Source: Pirellulales bacterium
Lineage (GTDB): Bacteria; Planctomycetota; Planctomycetia; Pirellulales; JACPPG01
DNA length: 64,000 bases
Direction of reading: 5' to 3'
Assembly: GCA_036499395.1 (NCBI GenBank)
Contig: DASYDW010000116.1
Location: forward strand, 157,832 to 221,831
A program made the translations under genes and the position numbers. The notes under the pieces are model-generated. The model did not search any database and was not told the DNA's origin. It worked only from the letters and a program-made list of their open reading frames with translations. Below, piece after piece: positions 18,737-28,000 of this stretch (position 1 is the first letter of the stretch; each line of letters begins with the position of its first letter).

Positions 18737-19567
18737 TCAGGTGCGCCACTGCGGCGGACGCTTGTTCAAAAATGCGTCGATCCCTTCTTGGGCGTCGGGC
18801 AGAGCGGCATTTTCGACCATCGCACACTCGGCAACCTTATAGGCCGCCGGACGGTCGAGCGATAACTGCTCGTAAAAAGTTCGTTTGCCGAGCGCGAGCA
18901 CGGCACCACTGGCCGAAGCGATCTGCCGGGCGAGTTTCAGCGTCTCCGCGGCCAGTTGGTCGCTCGGCACGACGCGATTTACCAGCCCGATACGCTCGGC
19001 CTCGGTCGCCGTAATCGCATCACCAGTCAGCAGCATTTCCATCGCCTTCTTCGTGCTCACCGCCCGGGCTAGCGCCACCGCCGGTGTTGAGCAGAACAAT
19101 CCGATCCGCACGCCGGGCGTCGCGAAGGTGGCGGTCTCGGCGGCGATGACCAAATCGCACGTGGCCACCAATTGGCAACCGGCCGCGGTAGCAACCCCCT
19201 GCACCTGCGCAATAACGGGCTGCGGCAGATGGCGGATCGCCTCCATGACTTCCGTACACAGGGTGAACAGCGCCTCGGCCTGCTCGCGGCTGGCCGTCGC
19301 GACCTCGCGCAGATCATGGCCCGAACTGAAAACGGGGCCGTCGGCCTTCAAGATGACGCACTTAATCGCCGCGTCGCCGGCGATCACGCGCAGTTGATCG
19401 CGCAGCGCCATGAGCACGTCGCGGCTGAGCGCATTGCGCCTGGCCGGATTGGCGAGCGTGAGCACCGCGACCCGATCGACATGCTCGCAACCCACCAGCG
19501 AACCAGCCGGGGCCGAGGCGCCGGCATGCGATGTCAGGGCGTCAGTCGTCGTTGATCGTTGCGTCAT
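18737..19567 (-). CDS. enoyl-CoA hydratase/isomerase (crotonase) family protein
   Basis: VAVLTLANPARRNALS...VILKADGPVFSSGHDLRE...GVATAAGCQLVATCD is the typical crotonase fold signature. Confidence 0.85.
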   Translation of the reverse strand: MTQRSTTTDALTSHAGASAPAGSLVGCEHVDRVAVLTLANPARRNALSRDVLMALRDQLRVIAGDAAIKCVILKADGPVFSSGHDLREVATASREQAEALFTLCTEVMEAIRHLPQPVIAQVQGVATAAGCQLVATCDLVIAAETATFATPGVRIGLFCSTPAVALARAVSTKKAMEMLLTGDAITATEAERIGLVNRVVPSDQLAAETLKLARQIASASGAVLALGKRTFYEQLSLDRPAAYKVAECAMVENAALPDAQEGIDAFLNKRPPQWRT

Positions 19568-19639
19568 CGATTCACAAGCGCGGCCCGAGAGCCGTGGCGT
19601 TTCGTCGCAGCGCGATCAATGGATATAGTTCGTATGGAC

Positions 19640-20614
19640 CTAGTTGGCGCTGATCGCACGCGTCGTCCGGCCCGCTGATCGTAAGGGACGCGAAGTGGTT
19701 TTCGAGCAGTAATCGTCGAAGCCCAATCGCGTGAGTTGCTCGTCGAGTTGGCTTGCCTGTTCCGCGCTCAAGGGGCGTAGCGGCGAGCGAACCGGCCCGC
19801 AATCAATCCCCAGCCGGTTCATTACGGCCTTGCCGGCAGCCATGAACGACGAGCCGAAACGCAACAGCGCCCGGACCAATTCTACGGCACGCATTTGCTC
19901 GCGGCGGGCCAGGACCATGTCTTCCGCGTCGAAGGCATGAATCACCCGCTGATACAGGGGCGTCATGAAGTTATAGGTGCTACCGACAGCGCCCCGGACA
20001 CCTAGCGCCAGGGCCGCCAGCAGGATTTCGTCCTTGCCGAACAGCACTTCAAAGCGGCCATCATCCAAGGCGACGCAGGCCGCGAGATCGACCAGGTCAT
20101 CGTGGCTGTATTTCAATCCGACGAGATTGGGAATTTGCCGGCCGGCGACCTTCATAAAGTTTGCCATCGGCAGGCTGACGCCCGTCATGCCCGGAATGTG
20201 GTAGTAGTAAAACGGCAGATCGGGGGCGGCAGCCGCGATCGGAGCGCAAAAGTCCGTCAGCATGTCTGCATCGGCCGGCTTGGCAAAGCAAGGGCCCATC
20301 GCCGCGGTCGCCGCGGCGCCATGCTCGGCCGCGTGCTCGGCCAACTCGATGCAATCACGCTGGCAGGTATGCCCGACGTGAACCACCACGGCAAAGCGGC
20401 CAGCGGCGGCTTTGATCCAGCGCTCGGTAACCGTGCGGCGCTCGGCGAGCGTCATCGACATGCTCTCGCCGGTGGTCCCACAGACAAAGGCGCCTGCCAA
20501 TTCGTTATTGGCGAACAGGTCGGCCTGCTCGTCGATGACGCCCAGATTGAGCTCACCATTTCGCGTGAAGGGAGTGTACGGAGCGGCAATCAACTTGACG
20601 GGTGGACGCTTCAT
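19640..20614 (-). CDS. DHDPS/N-acetylneuraminate-lyase-family aldolase
   Basis: AAPYTPFTRNGELN, VCGTTGESMSMTLAERR, YYYHIPGMTG, GLKYSHDD (Schiff-base Lys context) and GSTYNFM closely parallel the NanA/NPL-type motifs. Confidence 0.8.
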   Translation of the reverse strand: MKRPPVKLIAAPYTPFTRNGELNLGVIDEQADLFANNELAGAFVCGTTGESMSMTLAERRTVTERWIKAAAGRFAVVVHVGHTCQRDCIELAEHAAEHGAAATAAMGPCFAKPADADMLTDFCAPIAAAAPDLPFYYYHIPGMTGVSLPMANFMKVAGRQIPNLVGLKYSHDDLVDLAACVALDDGRFEVLFGKDEILLAALALGVRGAVGSTYNFMTPLYQRVIHAFDAEDMVLARREQMRAVELVRALLRFGSSFMAAGKAVMNRLGIDCGPVRSPLRPLSAEQASQLDEQLTRLGFDDYCSKTTSRPLRSAGRTTRAISAN

Positions 20615-20693
20615 AAAAATCGTTCGGCAGGAGGTAGTGATAGGTGTCTATTTCGCGTTGGCAGATTTTGCCATTATGGGCGGCGAGTCGACT

Positions 20694-21029
20694 TTAATTG
20701 CTCGAGAGCAGCTTGGCGAGAGCCTCGAGCCCGGTCATGCCCGGCTCGATACCGAGCTTGCGGGCGGGCTCGCTGACTTCCACGATCTTGGCCTGGTAAA
20801 GATCCTCGGGCTCGCATAGCGGTTTGGCGGGCGTGCCACGTGCAATCGCAACAACGAGCCCGAATTCCCCCGCGACGGCCACATCATAAATGCCGCATCC
20901 GACCAGCCCGCGGCTGGTGTGAATGGCACAATACTGGCCACCGGGCCAGCGAAAGCTGGTTCCCAGCGCCTCGCCGTGCGGGGTGTGCAGAACGTCGTTG
21001 CGCGCGGTGGGAAGCGTGGTCGTGGTCAT
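20694..21029 (-). CDS. DUF1805 (YunC-like) protein
   Basis: GLVGCGIYDVAVAGEFGLVVAIARGT...EDLYQAKIVEVSEPARKLGIEPGMTGLEALAKLL parallels the Bacillus YunC pattern. Confidence 0.75.
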   Translation of the reverse strand: MTTTTLPTARNDVLHTPHGEALGTSFRWPGGQYCAIHTSRGLVGCGIYDVAVAGEFGLVVAIARGTPAKPLCEPEDLYQAKIVEVSEPARKLGIEPGMTGLEALAKLLSSN

Positions 21030-21437
21030 GCGGTAGTTTTCCTAACTATATATACCCGCGCACCGGGCGGTCACCGCGAACACCTCTCTTGGTAGCGTGC
21101 CGCGCGCGGGCCCGCAAGCGTTACAACGCAAAAGGGGGACACAGCTTGCCAGCCGTCGACGTAAGTGCTTAAACGGCGTGTTTGTCGGTGCAGCGAAGTG
21201 GGGGGATTGACTAGGGTTTGCCGGCCGTCTTGACGAACCGGGATGATCGCTTGGGGCAACGGGATTCGAGATCCGCTGACCTGGCCGTCCGGCGGATGAC
21301 TATCGCAAATTTGACCCCGCAATGGGCGTGATTCACAATACCTCTCCACCGGTCGCGCCGTGCTATTGCGCCACGGCGTTAGGGCCGAGTCTCGCTCGCG
21401 TCGCAGTCCCCTGCCCTTCAAGTTGGAGTCAACCACA

Positions 21438-22400
21438 GTGAAACGCCTCGCGTCGTCGTTTGGCCTGTTCGCGCTTGCCGCGATTCTGTCGGTCAATGTT
21501 TGCCTTGCGGATGACGCGCCCGGCGCCGCCGCGGGACTGGCAGCACCACCCGAGAAAGCCGCGTCACCCTACAAGCAGCAACAGGACGTCGTTTACGCAG
21601 ACATCGACGGTATCGGCCTGCTATTGGATATCTTCACGCCAACTGGCAAGAGCAACGGCATGGCGATCGTCGACGTGGCCAGCGGCGCCTGGTTCTCGGA
21701 CCGCGGCAAGATCAACGATCACAAGCGGGCCAAAATGTTCGACACCTTCTGCGAACGCGGCTACACGGTGTTCGCCGTGCGACCCGGATCGCGTAATCGG
21801 TTCACAGCGCTCGAGATGTTGCAGAACCTGAAGACCGGCATTCGCTGGGTCAAAGCGCACGCCGAGGAATACAAGATCGATCCGAATCGACTCGGCCTGA
21901 CCGGCGCCTCGGCCGGTGGGCATCTGGCATGCCTGTGCGCGGCCACGGCCGATGATGGCAAGCCGGACGATCGCGATCCTTTGAATCGCCAAAGTACGCG
22001 AGTGAAGGCGGTTTCGGTATTCTTCCCTCCCACAGACTTCACGAACTGGGGGACCGCCAAGGTTGGGCCGGACAATCTTTCGATGTCGTCGCGCATGGTC
22101 GGCAATCTGCTGTATCAGGGGGGCATCACGACGCAGAAGAATGAAGAAGTCTTCGAGCAGATGAAGAAGATCTCGCCCGCGCATCATGTGACCGGCCAGT
22201 TTCCGCCGTTCTTGGTTTACCACGGCGACAAAGACCCGTTGGTCCCGCTGCAGCAAAGCGAGCTACTGGTCGCGGCGCTGAAAAAAGAAGGAGTGCCGGC
22301 CGAGCTGATTGTAAAACCAGGAGGCGGTCATCCCTGGCCAACGATCCACGAGGAAGTGAAGGAAGTTGCCGACTGGTTCGACAAAGAACTTGTGAAATAA
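21438..22400 (+). CDS. secreted alpha/beta hydrolase (esterase/peptidase S9-like)
   Basis: GTG 21438 gives the signal peptide VKRLASSFGLFALAAILSVNVCLADD. Nucleophile elbow GASAGGHL, with late HGDKDPLVP and GGGHPW motifs. Confidence 0.8.
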   Translation: MKRLASSFGLFALAAILSVNVCLADDAPGAAAGLAAPPEKAASPYKQQQDVVYADIDGIGLLLDIFTPTGKSNGMAIVDVASGAWFSDRGKINDHKRAKMFDTFCERGYTVFAVRPGSRNRFTALEMLQNLKTGIRWVKAHAEEYKIDPNRLGLTGASAGGHLACLCAATADDGKPDDRDPLNRQSTRVKAVSVFFPPTDFTNWGTAKVGPDNLSMSSRMVGNLLYQGGITTQKNEEVFEQMKKISPAHHVTGQFPPFLVYHGDKDPLVPLQQSELLVAALKKEGVPAELIVKPGGGHPWPTIHEEVKEVADWFDKELVK

Positions 22401-22444
22401 GCTCCGGTACTGACAGCTTTGCTTCTACTCGGAATCTGTGATAT

Positions 22445-22503
22445 CTGCGTAATCTGTGGATCGCCGCCTGCAAACGCCGGTAGCAGGTCCACAGATTACG
22501 CAG
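22445..22503. repeat. long palindromic element (16-bp perfect arms) between convergent genes
   Basis: CTGCGTAATCTGTGGA (22445-22460) is the exact reverse complement of TCCACAGATTACGCAG (22488-22503). An inner CCTGC/GCAGG pairing extends the stem. A third AATCTGTG copy sits at 22433-22440. No flanking T-run on either strand. Confidence 0.8.
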
Positions 22504-22581
22504 GCCGAGGCGTTGGATAAGCGCAATGCGATGACGCCAAGTTCTCTGCAGTAGCGTCCTATCGTTACGCTGCGATACTTG

Positions 22582-23640
22582 TCAGCCCGTGGCTTTCGCC
22601 GCGATCGCTTGCAGGCGTTCTTCGAGCGCCGGCAGACCGGTGAGAATTTCAACGCCGATTTCCACAGCCCACAGCGGTACGCCCGCGATCTGGTCGACCC
22701 CCAGCTTGACCAGGTCCTTGTGCGTGCAAATCAGTGCCGAGGCATGCTGCTCGCGGGCCCATTGCCCTAACGATGCGACATCCTCCTGCGTATAGGCGTG
22801 ATGATCGCGGAACTCACGCAGTTCGCTCACCCCGAAGCCGCACTGCGCGAGCGTGTGCCGGAAACCGGCCGGATTGCCGATACCGCAGAATGCCGCGACA
22901 CTCTGTCCGACAAAGGCCGAAAAGGGAGCCGTTTGCCCGCTTCCCGAAAGTAATCGCTCAGGTGCGTGCCGCATCTCGAGCCATGCCGCCTGCGAGTTAT
23001 AGCGCGCGGCAATGGCGCGCAACTCAGCGCGCTGCTGGGGCGAAACCATATCAGCGCGCGACAGCGCCACAATATCGGCCCGGGCGAGCGAGGAAACCGG
23101 TTCGCGCAGCATGCCGCGTGGAAACACGTGGTCGAAGCCAAACGGCTCGAGCGCGTCCAAGAGCACGATATCCAGATCGCGTGCCAGCCGGCGATGCTGA
23201 AAGCCGTCATCGAGCAGAATCACCTGGCATTCGAACTCGTCGACGGCCGTGTGCGCGGCCGTGACGCGGTCGGGATTTTGCAGATGCGGAACGTCGGGCA
23301 ACTTTTGCTCGAGTTCGAGCGCCTCGTCATTGCGCGCTCCTTGCTCGGCGCCGTAGCCGCGACTGATGAGCGTTACACGGATGTCGCGAGCACGCAGCCA
23401 ACGAGCGATCCAGGCCACGAGCGGCGTCTTGCCCGTCCCGCCAAGCGTCAAATTACCGACGCTGATCACCGGCACGCTGGCATGCTCGACGCCAATTTGC
23501 CGATCATAGCCGTAGTTGCGCCAGCGGACGGCCAGCGTGTACGGAATCTCGACCATGCGCAGCACGGCACGCCATAGATGCGCTCGCGCGTCGCGCCGCT
23601 GTCCGCTGACCAGAGCACGAAATTCAGCAGCGCTAAGCAA
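22582..23640 (-). CDS. lpxK: tetraacyldisaccharide 4'-kinase
   Basis: VISVGNLTLGGTGKTPLVAWIARWL P-loop, ISRGYG and ILLDDGFQH motifs. TTG start at 23640. Confidence 0.9.
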   Translation of the reverse strand: MLSAAEFRALVSGQRRDARAHLWRAVLRMVEIPYTLAVRWRNYGYDRQIGVEHASVPVISVGNLTLGGTGKTPLVAWIARWLRARDIRVTLISRGYGAEQGARNDEALELEQKLPDVPHLQNPDRVTAAHTAVDEFECQVILLDDGFQHRRLARDLDIVLLDALEPFGFDHVFPRGMLREPVSSLARADIVALSRADMVSPQQRAELRAIAARYNSQAAWLEMRHAPERLLSGSGQTAPFSAFVGQSVAAFCGIGNPAGFRHTLAQCGFGVSELREFRDHHAYTQEDVASLGQWAREQHASALICTHKDLVKLGVDQIAGVPLWAVEIGVEILTGLPALEERLQAIAAKATG

Positions 23641-23649
23641 AAGGCGTCC

Positions 23650-23717
23650 CCTGTAGCCGGCCTCTACGAGGCCGGTCGAATCCGAGCGGCACCGGGGTCA
23701 CAGTCCCCGGCTACAGG
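23650..23717. repeat. composite palindromic (REP-like) element between icd-like gene and lpxK
   Basis: Outer arms CCTGTAGCCGG (23650-23660) / CCGGCTACAGG (23707-23717). They enclose two hairpins: CCGGCCTC-tac-GAGGCCGG (23657-23675), and CCGGGG (23692-23697) paired with CCCCGG (23705-23710). Confidence 0.75.
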
Positions 23718-23744
23718 TTATTCGTCATGACTACCTGGCCATTC

Positions 23745-24842
23745 CTATTCGGCCAACTTGCGGCAGATCGCGTCGGCCATCTCGCGGGTGCCGACGGCGG
23801 TCGGATCATCGCGATTCGGCTTCAGGTCGTAGGTGACATACTTCCCTTCGGCGATCACGTCAGCCACGGCCTTTTCCAGGCGGTCGCCGGCTTCGATCTC
23901 GCCCAGGTAACGCAGCATTAACATGCCGGAGAGGATCAGTGCCGTCGGGTTGACCTTATTCTGCCCTTTGTACTTGGGAGCACTGCCGTGCGTGGCTTCG
24001 AAGACGGCTCCGTCGGGGCCGATGTTCGCACCCGGCGCGACACCCAAACCACCGACCAGCCCCGCGGCCAGATCGCTGAGGATGTCACCGTACAGGTTCG
24101 GCAGCACCAGCACGTCATACAACTCGGGCTTTTGCACGAGCTGCATGCACATGTTGTCGACGATCCGGTCTTCGAATTCGATGTCCGTATATTCAGCAGC
24201 CACGTTGCGGGCCACTTCCAGAAACAGCCCGTCGGTGAACTTCAAGATGTTCGCCTTGTGAACGGCCGTGACCCGCTGGCGGCTGTTCTTCCGGGCGTAC
24301 TCGAAGGCACAGCGCACAATCCGCTCGGTGGCCGAAACGCTGATCGACTTGATCGTCAGGCCGGTCTCGTCCAGGCCCGATTTGATTTTCTTCTCGGCTC
24401 GCTCGTTGATGAACTTGATCGCTTCGGCAGTCTCGGGCTTGCCGCGTTCGAACTCGATGCCGGCGTACAGGCTCTCGGTGTTCTCGCGGACAATCACCAG
24501 GTCGACGGGCACCTCGGTGAAGAAGCTGCGCACGCCGACGTACTGCTTGCAGGGGCGGATGCAGGCGAACAGGCCCAGCGCTTGCCGCAGATGGACATTG
24601 ATGCTGCGGAATCCGGTGCCGACGGGCGTGGTAATAGGGGCCTTCAAGGCGCACTTCGTGCGGCGGACGCTCTCCATGACGGCGTCCGGCAAAGGCGTGC
24701 CCATCTTCTCCATGATGTCGACGCCAGCGACCTGCTCGTCCCAGTTGATTTTGACGCCGGTGGCATCGACGCATTTCTTGGCGGCCGCGGCGAGTTCCGG
24801 ACCGGTACCGTCGCCGGTGATGAGGGTAACTTCGTGAGCCAT
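23745..24842 (-). CDS. icd: isocitrate dehydrogenase, NAD-type (isocitrate/isopropylmalate dehydrogenase family)
   Basis: [32 protein letters not shown] and [27 protein letters not shown] closely match the IDH3-like NAD-IDH motifs. Substrate specificity versus homoisocitrate or isopropylmalate is not proven. Confidence 0.8.
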   Translation of the reverse strand: MAHEVTLITGDGTGPELAAAAKKCVDATGVKINWDEQVAGVDIMEKMGTPLPDAVMESVRRTKCALKAPITTPVGTGFRSINVHLRQALGLFACIRPCKQYVGVRSFFTEVPVDLVIVRENTESLYAGIEFERGKPETAEAIKFINERAEKKIKSGLDETGLTIKSISVSATERIVRCAFEYARKNSRQRVTAVHKANILKFTDGLFLEVARNVAAEYTDIEFEDRIVDNMCMQLVQKPELYDVLVLPNLYGDILSDLAAGLVGGLGVAPGANIGPDGAVFEATHGSAPKYKGQNKVNPTALILSGMLMLRYLGEIEAGDRLEKAVADVIAEGKYVTYDLKPNRDDPTAVGTREMADAICRKLAE

Positions 24843-25056
24843 GGGAGTGTGGACCTACCTTTTGCCCTTTGGGGGGGATGTCGATTCGCGGGGGGCCGAA
24901 AAAGCGGCCCAGAGGCGGGCGAAGCGTAAGCAGGAAAAATTAACAGACAGGGGGCGGGGGGTCAAACGGGCCTGAACGGGCGGCGTGAGTGCCGCACAAC
25001 TCGTTTTCCGTCTCCCCATATCGGGATGAATTAGCTTCCTGACCAAGCCGAAACCG

Positions 25057-28000
25057 TCACCCGTCCTTCGCGCCCCAGCCCCCGCCGCCTGGCGTCTCGA
25101 TCGAAAGCACGTCTCCCGGCTTCGCGGTGAATTGCACTTGGGCAGCCAATTCGTCATGCGTCCCGTCGGCGCGCCGCAACGTGTTCCTTCCGAGTTGGCC
25201 CGGCGCGCCACCGGCCAGGCCGTACGGCGGATACGGCCCACGTCGTTGCGACAAGATCGAAACTTCCAGCCGGCGCAGGAACTCGATGCGGCGCACGATA
25301 CCGTCCCCGCCGCGATGTTGGCCGGCTCCGCCCGATCCGCGCCGAATCGAGAACTCTTGCAGCCGCACCGGGTAGCGCTGTTCGAGCACCTCGGGATCGG
25401 TCAGCCGAGTGTTCGTCATGTGTGTGTGTACGGCGTCGGCGCCGTCCGCCTCGGGCGTCGCGCCGGCGCCGCCGCAAATCGTCTCGTAGTATCCGAACGT
25501 GCTGTCGCCGAATAACACGTTGTTCATCGTCCCCTGACTGGCGGCAGCTACCTGAAGCGCGCCCAGCAACACGTCCACGACACGCTGCGACGTCTCGACA
25601 TTTCCACCAACCACCGCCGGACTGACGGCGGGCGTCGCGCCTGGCGTCGGGTTCAACAAGCACTCGGGCAGCGCAATCGTCACCGGCGCGAGCACTCCCT
25701 GATTCAGTGGAATGTCCTCGTCGATCAGCGACCGCAAGAAATACATCACGGCCGCCGTGACAATCGCCCGATTCGCGTTCAGGTTGCCGACCAGCACGGG
25801 GCCGGTACCCGTGAAGTCGATCGTCGCGCGATCTCCCGCGATATCGATCGTTGCCACGATGGCCGAACCGTCGTCGAGATGGTCTTCGAAGCGGTGTCGA
25901 CCACTGGGTAATTTCGCGAGCGCCTGCCGCATCTTCTGCTCGGCCGCGTTTTGGATATATCGCATATAGGCCTGCACGACCGGCAGCGAATGCCGCTCGA
26001 CCAGCCGCGCCAGGTCGCGCGCGCCCTGCTGATTCGCCGCCACCTGCGCCGCGACGTCAGCCAGATTGTCCGCCACCTTGCGCGTCGGATACCGCCCGGA
26101 ACTTAGCAGTCGGCCAAATTCCTCGAGCCGTGATTCTCCGGCGTCGACCAGTTTGAAATTCCGCACCAGCACCCCTTCCTCGGCCAGGTTCCGAGAAAAT
26201 GGCGGCATCGAGCCCGGGACGATGCCCCCGATCTCGGCGTGGTGCGCGCGGCTGGCCGTGAAGAACAAGAGCTGTGTGCCCGCCGCGTCAAACAAGGGTG
26301 TGACGACCGTGACATCCGGCAGATGCGATCCTCCGCGATAGGGATCGTTGGTCACAAAGACGTCTCGCGGTCGCAGCGCGGGATTGTCTGCCAAAATACA
26401 CCGCACCGTTTCCCCCATCGCCCCCAAATGTACCGGGATGTGCGGCGCATTGACGACCAGGTCCCCCGCGGCCGTGAATACCGCGCAACTGAAATCGAGA
26501 CGCTCCTTCACGTTCACACTGCTGGCCGTATTGCGTAGCGTGATCCCCATCTGCTCGGCGATCGCGGCGAAGCGATTGTTGAAAACTTCGAGCGTCGCCG
26601 GATCGCAATCGATGGCCCTGTTGTCCGTGTCGCCTTCGGATCGCTCGCTCTCCTTTTTGCGCGCCACACGAGTCAGCACCAATTCGCCGCGCGAGAGGAC
26701 TTCTCCCTGCCAGCCGGGATCGATGATCGTCGTCGACATCCCTTCGTGTACCACGGCCGGCCCCGTGATCTGATCCCCCGGCTGCAACCGCGCGCGATCA
26801 AAAACATTCGCATGGCACTGCTGCGCCTCGAAGTACACATTGGCCTCTCGCTCGGCCGGCGCGGCGCGGTGCGGTGCATGCGTCGAAGGCTCCTCGGGCG
26901 GGACAGTATGCCCCACGGCCTCGACCCGCAACGCCACGATTTCCATCACCCGACCGTCGCTGCGATAGCCGTACAGCTTCTCATGTTCAGCGGCGTACGC
27001 TTCGGCGTATGTTCCCTGGCGGGGCTCGGCAATCGTCAGCGAGGCATCTAACCCCTGGTAGCGCAGGTCAAGCGATCGTCGCACGCTGACGCGATCCGGC
27101 GCGATCCCCTCGGCCAGCACTTCGTCGCGCGCGCCCGCGACCAGTTCGGCAAACGTTGCTGCCAGTTGCTGCACGCGATCTTCCGAATAATGATCGTAAA
27201 CGCCCTGCGCAGCGTGGCGCACCACGTCGGCGGCACCGATGCCATAAGCGCTCAAGATGCCCGCATCAGGATGCAACAGCACCTGGCGCATACCAAGTTC
27301 GTCGGCCACGGCGCAGGCGTGTTGTCCCGCCGCCCCGCCGAACGCCACCAGGACATACTCGCGAGGATCGCATCCCTTGGCGATCGAAATCGATTGAATC
27401 GCCTTCACCATGTTGGCGTTCGCGACCTGCAGAAAACCGTCACACAGTTCAATCGGTGTGTAGCGACGCGCCGCCACACGCTCGATTTCGTCGATTAGCG
27501 CTTTCAGTCGCGCTGCGACCGCCGCGTGATCGAGCGGAAACGGAAAATGCTCTGGCAGAATCTTGCCCAGGTAAAAGTTCACGTCCGTCACGGTTAGCGG
27601 TCCGCCGCGACCGTAACAGGCCGGGCCCGGTGCGGCTCCGGCGCTCTGCGGTCCGACGACCAACTTTGCCCCGTCAAAGGCGCAAATCGACCCACCGCCC
27701 GCGGCCACGGTTTCGATCGCCATCATCGGCGCGACGACCCGCACGCCCGCTTTTTCAGTCTCGTACTCGAGTTCGAATCGGCCGTCGAAGCGCGATACGT
27801 CGGTGCTCGTCCCCCCCATGTCGAAGCCGATGGCCTGCGTGAAGCCCGCGCTTTCCGCCGCGCGCGAGAAACCGACCACGCCGCCGGCCGGTCCGGACAG
27901 GATGCTGTCCTTGCCGACGAAATTTTCGGCCGCGACCAACCCTCCGGCCGAGGTCATGATCCGCAAATCGGCCGAGGGGAGCGAGCCTCGCAGCAAACCC

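Noticed and set aside
21275-21290. On the minus strand, CCAGGTCAG resembles the SRP RNA domain IV sequence.
   Set aside because: The adjacent GGAA/AGCAG conserved bases and the symmetric-loop context are missing. There is no plausible ~100-nt hairpin.
22425-22652. A 75-aa minus-strand ORF spanning the 16-bp-arm palindrome.
   Set aside because: It runs through a perfect inverted repeat and into the lpxK 3' end. There is no start context or motif. The palindrome itself is the real feature.
23671-23690. GGTCGAATCC, reminiscent of a tRNA T-loop (GGTTCGAATCC).
   Set aside because: The flanking bases do not form a T-stem. No acceptor, D or anticodon arms can be drawn. It is part of the nested palindrome at 23650-23717.
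23988-24929. A 313-aa plus-strand ORF antisense to the isocitrate dehydrogenase-like gene. Similar long antisense ORFs occur at 6401-7267, 13419-14213, 14764-15756, 39403-40155, 42534-43367, 44039-44971 and 46982-47944.
   Set aside because: Each overlaps a gene with unambiguous family motifs on the other strand. Their translations lack motifs and are dominated by Arg/Ala/Gly/Leu, as expected for stop-poor frames in ~70% G+C DNA.
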